The position numbers and the translations under genes are program-made. Source: Macrostomum lignano (Eukaryota). From it: a stretch of 64,000 nt of DNA. Location of the stretch: NCBI GenBank assembly GCA_002269645.1, contig NIVC01001174.1:62001-126000 (forward strand), written 5' to 3'. Below are positions 1-12,000 of this stretch, one piece after another. The notes under the pieces were generated by a model. The model worked only from the letters and a program-made list of their open reading frames with translations, made no database searches and was not told where the DNA came from. Every line of letters begins with the position of its first letter. Position 1 is the stretch's first letter.

Positions 1-512
1 GGATCCATGTTTACCCAAGAAACTGTTATGCATCCGTGTTTACCCAAGAAACTGTTATGCATCCGTGTTTAACCAAGAAACTGTTATGCATCCGTGTTTA
101 GCCAAGAAACTGTTATGCATCCGTGTTTACCCAAAAAAACTGTTATGTATCCGTGTTTACCCAAGAACTGCTATGTATCCGTGTTTACCCAAGAACTGCT
201 ATGTATCCGTGTTTAATTAAGAAACTGTTATGCATCCGTGTTTAATTAAGAAACTGCTATGTATCCGTGTTTAATTAAGAAACTGCTATGTATCCGTGTT
301 TAATTAAGAAACTGCTATGTATCCGTGTTTAATTAAGAAACTGCTATGTATCCGTGTTTAATTAAGAAACTGTTATGCATCCGTGTTTAATTAAGAAACT
401 GTTATGCATCCGTGTTTAATTAAGAAACTGTTATGCATCCGTGTTTAATTAAGAAACTGGTATGTATCCGTAATCAGTGTTATTATTACAAAAACTGGTA
501 TGCATCCGTGTT
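1..512. repeat. 30-bp tandem minisatellite (~16 units, runs off the window start)
   Basis: The unit atccgtgttt(accc/aatt)aagaaactg(t/c)tatg(c/t) repeats head to tail and decays after ~470. Confidence 0.95.
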
Positions 513-2036
513 TACTAAAAGAAGATTTTCACTATGTCATCATGTCTTTGCGCTTAACCGAGAAACAATAAATTTTTTACTCTAGAAAAGCTAACTCTGA
601 CACTGTTTGAGATCCCTTAATAAGCAGATAAAATCTTCACGATATGTTCAGGGCTTATTGATGCAACTATAATCGAAACAATTATTTTTAGGTGCTGGAG
701 GACTTAATTGTTTGCGTTGTTTACTGTAGTCTATAATGAAGTCAACCAAAATGATTTAATTATGGATGCCGCATACCAGAAAAAATGGTATAGGTTAACG
801 ACGCTAGTAAAGACGCGTAACGGAGAAAACCTTTTTCAACCAAAGGAAAAAAACAAAAAAACAAAACAAATGATGCATTCGATCGGTCAGAAAAAAAACA
901 CCAAAATATTGATTAACACTAACTATATGAATGAAAATCATGGTAGGTGTCATGTACCCACATGTAGCTAGCACGGAAAAGCGCTGGAAATGTACTCAGA
1001 AGCCTAAGATGACAACAATCGAGACGTTAGCAATCAAGAAAACAAGCTGGGTGGATCATGAGTAGTCATTTGCGTCATAAACGAAGAAAAGTTGGCTGTT
1101 GGAGTTGCTAAAATGTCAATAAAAGTCTAGATCAAGTGGATTCAGTACTTTCTATTCGGCTAGAATTTCTTGAGTAGACACGATCAAGCAAGTCGGATAA
1201 AAACAACGATAAAATTTATTGAAGTATTTGTGCGAAAAAAGAGTTAAAGTTTGAAACTACTAGCTGCTAAAAAATGAATAGTCAAAAGTAAAATCGATCT
1301 GTTAAGGCGATGAAGTTTAACAGTAAGATTTAATCGGATTGAGGTTTCAATTAAAATAGCGCAGGTATACAACCATAAAAATATGAGAAAATCAAGAGTT
1401 AATATACTAGCTTTAATTTTCTAGGAAAATAAAACAAAAAGAAGGTTCATGGAAATAAACAGACGAGCGCCACAATCCGAAATCGTTTGAATTTCGCAGA
1501 ACGAAATTCTAGAAGAACGAAACAACCGGAGACCGACAAGCAGGCAAAATTCTGAGGCTATATCGATTGTTCTTTCCCGGATTTTTTGTTAGAGTTTTGT
1601 TTACGAGTATGGTAAATCCGTTCGCAATACACAACTGTGCAATGCATTTTGCGTTGGGAAAAAGCTACGAGTATTTGACAAAGAGTTCAAAGGTTCTGTC
1701 AAATTAAAGATTAAGATACTGAGAACCTCCTATCCTTCGGATGCTCTTGACTCCATTGTAATCCGCACGACTTGCGAGTGTAGCGTCCAATTCTACTTTT
1801 TCCATGGAAGGATACCAACGTCAGAATCGAGCTAGATTTACTTTGTAGAGGCTTTCAAATTTTTAGGTTTAAATATTTTGACAATAAAAAACATTGCTAC
1901 ACCAAAGCAAAAACAATATACAGTACAGAAAAAATGAAAAATTAAAATGAAATATGATAAATATGAAACCAGTTTCACTAAGGATATTGTTTAGCAGCAT
2001 TAATTCAGTCCCAGTAGTCGCTAACCGTTCGAGTTT

Positions 2037-3805
2037 TCACGGCTCAACAGCATGATTGTCATATTTCAGATTTTTTCCGATCAGCATGCCACCCCAGTAC
2101 CAGTAGATATGAGATTGGTCCAGGGCTCTTAACGCCTGTAAAAACTTATCCTTGATTTCTTGCAAAAATCTGCTGATTGTGAGATGACCGGTGTAATGAG
2201 CATTCTTGAGCACGAAGAACTCCACTCCGACTGTCTGAGGCGTAGCGCACTGGAATGCGTCCAGGCAGAGATGAATGCACAGAGCATTCTCTGGCGTAGT
2301 GGGGTCAGCTTTCAAAATATCTTCAGTGAAACTTGCGCTAAATCCGTTCGTCAAAGCTTTTGGATCGAAGCACTGAGTGCAAAGCTTTTGCATGTGCCGC
2401 AAAATCTCAGTTGAGGCTGTTAGCCTCTTGACGCCTGAATCAACTGCAGCATAGATGCTCACGTGAGAGGCTGCTGGCTGATTGTTGTAGCTAGCTGCAA
2501 ACGGCCATTCTATTTTTGGGTCGGAAAAAAGTTCATACTCAAACTTTGTCGCTACAGCGGGGTCATCCTCATTTTTACATGTACAGTTCAGCTCTAACGA
2601 CGCTTGAACAGAGCGGTCATATAAATATTTACCGGTATTTTTTGAATTCGGGATTCTCGTATCTGTCGTAGTTTGAGATAACAACAGTATGAAATTCTTC
2701 TCTCCTTTTTCGAATTTATTTATCCTGACGTCTGATGCAGATAATTTGCTTTGAGGGAAACCAATATCATTAACATCAAAGTCTCCCATGACGATAATCC
2801 ATTGGCTTCCTGCGTTGAATTTGCTTGTCAGAAAACTTTTGAGCTGCTTCCAAAAAGTGTCGTGCTCTAGTTTAACATTTTTCTGTCTTGGCGCGAACAC
2901 TTGCACTACGGTGCCGAAACCTTCCGTGCAGTTCAAATCCACACCAATGATTCTGCTCGATACGAAATCGAAATTAAGGACGGACTTCTGAAGCTCATCG
3001 CCTCTAACGACAATTGCCACTCCTCGGTAGGCCGTGTCGCTATTACCACAATGAGCGACTAAGTAGTCGCTAGAGTTTTGCTGTTCGGTAGTAGTTCCTT
3101 GATCCCTTGATTCATTGATTCGAAACATTCCTTCTCCCATCCAATGTGTCTGTCCGATGCCTAGGAGGTTCACTTTGTTATCTTCACTTTGCATCGCTTT
3201 CAAAAGTGCCGCAAAATTATGTTGGTTTTGGTTTTCTTTCTTATTGATTTCTGGCAAAATATTGCATCCATGTATTCCTCTATTGACTGTTGCAACTTGT
3301 ACTTGGCCTGAAATTAGATACAATTGATTTTGATTGAAATTCGATCCAGCGCACAAAATACGTTTATAATTAAGGGATTGACTTTTAACCCACTCTGAAG
3401 TGTCTTACTCTGAAAGAACATATCTAACCTAAATAAAGAATTAAAAAAATTCTGTTCTGCTTCTATTCACAAAAGTAGTTTATATCTTGGTCTTTTGCAT
3501 ACGAAAAGGGGGTTTTCATGCATCCCCCATCATCAAAATATATATTCAAAATATCTTATTTCTATAGAATTTCTATAGCAGTTTGCAACTGCAACTGCAA
3601 TCGAGCTACAATTCATTTTAGTGCATGTTAACTATGGTAGGCCAGGCTCTATCCAGTCTGATTTTCTAAGATCTGAGTGTCAGAACCTGCGAGCATATTT
3701 TGGGAACATTCACCACTGAACCAAATGCATTTCTGATGTACAACGTACGAGCCAATTTGCAGGTATTAACCAGTACTTACCTTTAACGGTTGAGGACGAG
3801 GCCAT
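2037..3805 (-). CDS. Spliced gene for a LINE(RTE)-type APE/EEP endonuclease-like protein (~431 aa), probably catalytically altered, no RT
   Basis: Exon 3805-3781 (ATG GCC TCG...AAA G|GTAAGT) and exon 3307-2037 (tttcag|GC CAA), a phase-1 match. EEP motifs: VATVN, LLGIGQTHW, GVAIVV, SSRII, VVQVFAP, IIVMGDFD. A further acceptor at 3847/3846 allows an extra upstream exon. Confidence 0.75.
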
Positions 3806-6089
3806 GACAGACAATTTTTGCGAGCCTAGCTGTTGTTGTTTTGCCGCTGAAAAGGCATGACGTGCAAAATCTATTTAGACTTTGAAATCCATTATTTTGT
3901 CGCTGATTCGTACTCAACAACGAAATCTCCATAACAGGCTCTACGCGTATGCTTGCTTTCTGGTAAAGGCTTTTCGGGATTAAAATTTTTGAAGCAAAAA
4001 TTGTAACCCTAACTTTAACTTCGAGTCGATGCGTTTCTACATAATCAAATAAGCTACTCGCATAGTACACTTGTACTATAGCAATTCGTATTCTAGCACT
4101 TCAAGCACTTCCAGATCCATAGTTAGTTTCAGCACTCTTTTTCTATTTTGTTGGTTTTGGGGTGCGGTCGTTAGGGTGAACGCTTCAACGCAAGGGTGGT
4201 TAATAATCTTAACTTTGATTGAATTCAATTTGTAGTACAAACAATTCAACTGAAAATCTTAGACTCAGCTGTAATAATCTAGATAGATATTCTTTATCAT
4301 TCGATCGAGTCAACGAGTACAAACTCTGTGAGATAATTCTCAAAGCAAATCGTAATTTTGAGAATACCACGACAAAAATGATTTGTGGCTGATAAATACT
4401 TACACAAAACGTCGAAGTAGAAGCTTTTGTTCAAATAAAGGCCGAGTCAGTCGGTCGCAATCGGTGGCAAACTGGCGAGCTCGGGAACTTTCAATGGAAT
4501 TAGTAGCGGGTGTCGTTTTGAAATACCAAAATGGGGTGAAGAGGGCTGACTCTGGCTTGTCTTTACTTAAAGCCTTTTGGGTTTAGTCAGAAAATCGATA
4601 CAACCTCTGCCAGCCGGGCAGGCAGACAGCATGCACAGATACGTGGGTGGAGAAGAAGTGGAAAAGTGGGTGGGGTATACATGATCGCCTTCCCTTTTTC
4701 GATCTTAAGCTCATTAGAGTACTCAGCAGAATTTTTTTTTCAATTTTTCTCTTTTTCAGTGTACACAAGTGTCCGGGACTGCAGTTGGGCAACTTGACCT
4801 GGGCGGTTGACAAACGGAGACGGCTGGCCGAAGAATTCTGAATGAGCCCGGCGCGGAGGCCGCTCCTGGGGAGCCCAACCCCGACTTGGCATGGCTACCG
4901 AGGGGTGGATGCATGTGGGCCAGCCCGCACAGAAGGACAATGAACTTGCCTTTGAAGTTGCCTTTCGCTGTCCGAAAAGCCGAATCAAAGTGCGACTTAA
5001 GAAGTAGAAGGGCGGGACACTTGCTTCTTAAAAAATGCAATAGGAACGGCTTGGTTATACACTGTAATACACTGTAGAGATAACAAGGCTGGTGAAGTTG
5101 AGGACTGCTAGCAAAAAATGCAGCTTAGAGTGTGCGGTCAGTCCAAAGGTCTCATTGCCAATGACTGAAAATCCTTAGCAGTCCCCTTCTGTTGTTGAGC
5201 AGTACTCGAGGCTTTATCTCTCTTTATTTCGAAAGTCGATTTTATGAAGAACAGGAATTACATGTAGAAACATTTTCAACTTTTTGTGTATTTACGAATT
5301 TTTTGCGTAATAGTCGTCTCAATATTCGTTCCAACCCGTGCTAATACTAAGGTACATGTATATGAACTAATTTTATATATCAAAGATATGATTAGTCAAA
5401 TCTTATTTAATGCTAGTATCCAAATTCTGAATGAAAACTTACATGTAGCTTCCAAATCGGTACAGAGGTTTGTAAAAGCTTCTGTCGGCACGTCGGAATG
5501 GTTTCGTGAGAAAAAAGACAACCGACTGCTTAAGCATGCCCCGCATTTACTCAGGACAGGCTCACCTACCTCGGCCCAAACCCGGACCTCTCCGACGTTT
5601 TCAGGCCCCCGCGAGAATCTCTGCCAGCTCGTCCGCTAGCTACCTAAGGGCTACCGGGCTAGCGACCATCCACCTCCTGGACTCTCCCGGAGGGGGACCG
5701 CGCTGCGGACACCGGCACCACCGCAGTGCGGTCCAGTGAATGCTACTTCAAGTGAAGGTAGCCAAAGCTTAAGGCAAATAAGTTTAAAATTTAATTCATA
5801 TATTTAGTCATTATAAGTAGTAGAATAAAAATTTTAATTTCAGGATCTATTTTAAAAAAAACAAAAAGTATAGCCATTAAATACTACGAGCATAGATTTT
5901 CAAATGAGACAAGCTCAAAAAGGATGCTTGAGTTCTTTTTCACAGCTTCTTGTCCTTAAAAAGTTGAATTAAAATAAAATTTGACACGATATGAGCGGAA
6001 AATTATTAAAAATTATAAAAATCTAATAATGAGATACTTAGAAGGCTTTTTATACTGTCTGCGTGCACAGTTTCAAGATCTAAAATGAG

Positions 6090-9000
6090 CTACTGCTTGG
6101 CAGTGGACATCTGCCGCTGAATCTCAGCCAGCCCTTTCATCAGTTCCTTCATCTGCTTTGCCAGCTTCTTCTGAGATTTCCGTTGTTTGCTCAGCTGCTT
6201 CTCAATTGCCGCCAGGTGGTCGCCTCCGTCGCCTCGCGACTGCGTCAACAGCTCCCGATGAAACTCCCGACGAAAATCCTTGAGCAGGGATCGATTCGAC
6301 TCAGCCAGGATGTTCTCGTTGTGCGCTTTGAGACCATCGTAGTCGCTTTGATGCTTCTCAAGTCCCTGCTGCAGGGTGGGCCGGCACAGTCTCAGCTGCA
6401 GAGCTTGGTAGATGAGGAACTGTCTGTAGTCCTCTGGGTAGCCTTCCATACAGTCTGTGCGCTGCCACCACTCCTGGTGCTGATAGGGACAGGGGGAATA
6501 TTTATGCATTGTTATTAATGGCTAAATAAATATTTGATATGCTGCTTTGCTGCCTCGATGGCTAAGAAAAATCCAGCAGCCAACAGACCAACAGACAGTG
6601 GCTCTCACCAACAGACAGTGGCACTCACCAACAGACAGTGGCTCTCACCAACAGACAGTGGCACTCACCAACAGACAGTGGCTCTCACCAACAGACAGTG
6701 GCACTCTCACCAACAGACAGTGGCTCTCACCAACAGACAGTGGCACTCTCACCAACAGACAGTGGCACTCTCACCTTCAGATAGTGGCACTGTCATCTTC
6801 AGATAGTGGCACTGTCACCTTCAGATAGTGGCACTGTCACCTTCAGATAGTGGCACTCTCACCTTTCAGATAGTGGCACTGTCACCTTCAGATAGTGGCA
6901 CTCACCAACAGACAGTGGCACTCACCAACAGACAGTGGCACTCACCAAGAGACAGTGGCACTCTCACCAACAGACAGTGGAACTCACCAAGAGACAGTGG
7001 CACTCACCAATAGACAGTGGCACTCTCACCAATAGACATTGGCACTCACCAACAGACAGTGGAACTCACCAAGAGACAGTGGCACTCACCAACAGACAGT
7101 GGAACTCACCAATAGACAGTGGCACTCACCAATAGACAGTGGCACTCACCAAGAGACAGTAGCACTCACCAACAGACAGTGGCACTCTCACCAACAGACA
7201 GTGGCACTCTCACCAACAGACAGTGGCACTCTCACCTTCAGATAGTGGCACTGTCATCTTCAGATAGTGGCACTGTCACCTTCAGATAGTGGCACTGTCA
7301 CCTTCAGATAGTGGCACTCTCACCTTCAGATAGTGGCACTCTCACCTTTCAGATAGTGGCACTGTCACCTTCAGATAGTGGCACTCACCAACAGACAGTG
7401 GCACTCACCAACAGACAGTGGCACTCACCAAGAGACAGTGGCACTCTCACCAACAGACAGTGGCACTCTCACCTTCAGATAGTGGCACTGTCATCTTCAG
7501 ATAGTGGCACTGTCACCTTCAGATAGTGGCACTGTCACCTTCAGATAGTGGCACTCTCACCTTTCAGATAGTGGCACTGTCACCTTCAGATAGTGGCACT
7601 CACCAACAGACAGTGGCACTCACCAATAGACAGTGGCACTCACCAATAGACAGTGGCACTCACCAAGAGACAGTAGCACTCACCAACAGACAGTGGCACT
7701 CACCAACAGACAGTGGCACTCACCAATAGACAGTGGCACTCACCAACAGGCATTGGCACTCACCAACAGACAGTGGCACTCACCAACAGACAGTGGCTCT
7801 CACCAACAGACAGTGGCACTCACCAATAGACAGTGGCACTCACCAATAGACAGTGGCACTCACCAACAGACAGTGGAACTCACCAAGAGACAGTGGCACT
7901 CACCAACAGACAGTGGAACTCACCAAGAGACAGTGGCACTCACCAACAGACAGTGGCACTCACCAACAGGCATTGGCACTCTCACCAACAGGCAGTGGCA
8001 CTCTCACCAACAGACAGTGGCACTCTCACCAAAGCGTAGGTACACCCAACCCGAGAGACAGGGGTGCAAACTAAAACAATAACGGCGTCCTTAGGATTCC
8101 GTGCTACTCTATCCATTACAAATTACTATGTACGTCCCTGCATAAAACGATCTCAGAAAAAGTTTAAGAAAACTTACATCTTCAGGGATTCGCTGGTCAG
8201 TGTTAGATTCCGTCTCCTCAGGAGTTGGGTGCACTTGACATCGAAGCTTTTTGCAGCAAGTATGCAAAGCTCGCAATGGTCGAATCAGAGCATAGTCCAG
8301 CAGGGAAAGCGGCAGGGGCAGCACGCTGACCATCCGGAACTGCTGCAGCATGTCGTAGCTGGTCTTGCGCCAGATGACCACCGTCTTGCTGGCCAGACGG
8401 GACACCGACAGGCTGAACAGGGCGATGAGGAGATTCCACATCACGATGTTCACCAGAAGAAGAAATACGAACAGCATGAATCCGTTGAAAGCCTCTCTGA
8501 GGTTCAATGGGAGTAGGGAAATGCATACTAGTCTTACAATAATTTTTGCAGTCTGAAAGCTTAAGAAAAGTTTTTGAGAAGTGTAAGAATTTCAATAAAA
8601 ATTACTAAGACTATTTGCCTTTGACCCTTTAGCCCCCCCACCCCCCTGCTTTAAATCAGTAACATTCTGATTCTAACAAACAGATAAAGTACCTGCCGTC
8701 AGGATGCACGCAGGTGAGGTTGGCGGTGTGTCCCGCAGCGATGGACGCCGTGGAGCAAGCTGTTAAGTCGGTCTTCTGGTACATCGTGTACGCAACAAAG
8801 CCGGGAAGGCTGAAAATCTCTCGTACGGTTGGCCAAACAGGTCGAGAAATGGTTGCTACGGGGCTTCCGTTAATGAAACTGAACGCCGGGTACAGCAACA
8901 CGAGAAAGAACACGCCAAATGAGACAATCATCACAGCCAGAATTAGCAGGAACGGCATTAGATCATCCAGCAATAGGCACTGCAGCATGGAGACCTTGGG

Positions 9001-12000
9001 CCCGATAGTTTTCTGGTAGGCCAGCAGCCGAAGCGTACGAAAGCCCCATAGTAGAAAGGAGGTCGCCAGAGTGACCTGGCAGCCATAGGACTCGCCCGAC
9101 ATGGTGGCGAACAGGTGAGCCTTCAATCCCAGGCCCACCCAAAGAAATAAAAGCGCCAATAGGTCGCAGTAGTTGTAGAAATCAGTTGCGTAGCGAGGCA
9201 CCTTGCGCTTAAGCCAGTACATTTCCACCGGCTGCCAACTTGAGGCCATGTCGGCGATCTCGTGAGCGGTGAGCGCGGCCGCAAACAGCCACATCAGCGT
9301 GTCCGGAGCAGCGTTGGAAAACGTGCGAGAGAAGTCGGTCACGTACCAGGCAAAGTAAGCCAGGAACACGAAGTACGAAATCACAAAAGAAAGGAACCTG
9401 TCTCGAGTGCTGCAACCTGATTGCGAGTTTATTTCGACATCTTCCCCAGTCTCCGAGGCCTGCTTCTGCCAAGGGAACGGCTCTCGTTGTTTCCAAAGCT
9501 CTTTAGTGAGCTTACTCAGACATTCGGAGGCAAAGAGAGCTTCACTGTCTAGCAGATTGATTAGCTCGAGCACAGTAAGATGCTGCAGCTCCGGTGATGT
9601 CTGCTCTGTGTCTGCACCAGACATCTGCAATTTGTAGTATGCGAATTTTGGTCCGTACTCGGAACGGCTGATCCCATTGTAGGTGACTGTTTTGACAAAG
9701 CGACCTGTCAAGTAGCGAAACACCAGCGGCTTCATGCTTGTGTCAGCATTCAAGTAAAGCTGATCCAGAAGGTTCACCAGTGTTGAAGTTACTCGGTCCA
9801 TCAGGCGACGCATCTGTTCATGCTTTCCTCGCCGTTGTTGTACCATTAGTCGAATGTTGATCAACACGCGGAGACAAGTAGGTACCATGTCGAACTGTGA
9901 CGTCAGAAGCAAGTCGTTTAGAAGGCCGTCCCTGCTGGTGAGAACGGCTACATCCGCAATGGTGACACCCGGTTGATCTAGGACTCTCGGGTCCAGATCC
10001 GGGAACCAGTCCTCGGTAGTGACCGACTTCTGCGATTGAAGCAGACGAGCCTGGATCAGCTGGCAGAAGCTGGCGTCTTGAATTTTATCCAGGTAGCCCA
10101 GCACCATCAGGCTGCGCAGCATGTCGGTGGAGTTCAGCTCAAAAGCACGAGCAAGCAGCATCAGCTGGGCCGTGTACCGCTGACCATCCACCTCAATTTC
10201 GCTGCTTCTGCCAGACAGTGCGGAGTCAACCGAGTATGAGTCCAGCAGACTCTGAGCCGCGTCTCGTTCGGGCAGTTGCAGAGCTCGTTTCGCTGGGTCC
10301 ACCAACCGTAGAACGTCCGCCAGATAGGTTTCGGAGTTCGAATCCCCCGTCGCAACGACACTCAGCAGAGCTTCAAAACGACCCTTAAACAAAATTTTAA
10401 AACTCAAGTTCAAGTTATTATTCCTTACGCTAGTGCTCTATAAATTTATTTTTGTTTAAGTCGGCTAGTTATACTAGTACCCTTTATTGGTTTGCTTTTT
10501 TCGTACATGCGCATAAGTCGACTCTACTAGACTCCTCAATAGACTGCCAGAACTTCAGGACCTTCAAAAACGATAAAAACAAGGCTTTCTCGTATACAGT
10601 TTGGGTTTCAATTTTTAAGGTTTTCAGGTTTACGTGTGACGTTGCTAGTTTAAGTGGTCCCGCAAAAGGGCCGTTGGACTATAGTTTCCCTTGCAATTTC
10701 TCATTTTAATTTCTCCAATAGTTTATTTTAACGTTTACTTATAGTAGCGTGCAAATAATTTGTATCAACTGCTAATTCACTGTGTATTTGGTAGGCCTTG
10801 CGCTCGTCTGTAAATTTTGGCACGATCGATAATTTCAAGTTCTCTCGCCAGCCAATGAAAACTCTCCGTGTTTGCGCTACCCCCTTTTGCGCTCTTTATT
10901 AACCCCCCGTCTGGCGGCGGGCTGGTTTTTCACTTTCGTTCTGCCGTCCCTTCGCGGCCTTGTTTTCCTTCTCTCTGTCTGGCTGCCTCGAGCCTCCTTA
11001 TCTCACGCCACGGCTGACGCCAACCTCGCCACTGCTCATCTGCCTGCCTACTGCGTCTCACTGCCTTCACTGTGCTCATTGCCATTGCTCATCACGTTAC
11101 GTCGCCATTGCATCATTCGTCTGCCACTTGACTTCATATCCAATTTATCTTCAAAGAAACCATTGTTGCAGCCGCCAGTGCCCAGAAAGCTATAGTTTGT
11201 TTATTAACAGTAATAACCAAGCCTAATATTGATACTACCAATAAAACCAACTACGGCAGTTCCTGCCTTTATCGCCAAGTGCTCCGCTACAAAATCCGCT
11301 TTACAAGAGTTGACTTCAACTTATTTTGGGACTAAAACGGCCCTTTTAAGGGTCATAGTCATAGCTAACTACGCCAACATCGTGACATACGAGTCTGACT
11401 CTTGCGCCACGACTCCTTGTTCGATTCCGGCCAAATTCATTAGGGGACTGCGCTCGAAAATTGATCGAGGGGTGCCGTGTTATTTACAAGTATGAGGGGC
11501 CAATCCCCCCCCCCAAGACACAGAGTGTACATACCTGACGACTAGAAAGGCTGTGCCACTGTACACCCTGTGTGAGCGAGTTTATGAGTGCGTGCTTGCG
11601 TCAAGTATCTGCGCGCTTGTGGGATGATGTCGCCGAAAGCATGGAACAAGGATGCCCCACAACCATTCTTATAACATTATTGGTCATTTTAATGCGTCCA
11701 ACTCTCGGTCCGAATTCTCCCAGATCGAAAACTGGGGGCTACAACCCAGGTCACGGTGTTCGCAAGCCATTGTACGTATCCGTGTGTGTGTGTCTGTGTG
11801 TGTGTGTGTGTGTCTGTGTGTGTTTGCGCACGGGGCATTTGTTGGGCCATCCGCGTACAACGGGACCCGCACTGTTGGGCCAAAAAAAATGTTGGGACCA
11901 CAGATACTATAATAACTAGATAGGCCACTTAGGCAAATGTCCTTGGTTATTTGTTTTTCTACTTTCAGTTCAGTAGCAAGTAAAGAATTCATAAGCTATA

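Noticed and set aside
6534-8082. Many ORFs such as MALTNRQWHS...
   Set aside because: They are translations of the intronic minisatellite, open in several frames, with no splice or codon support.
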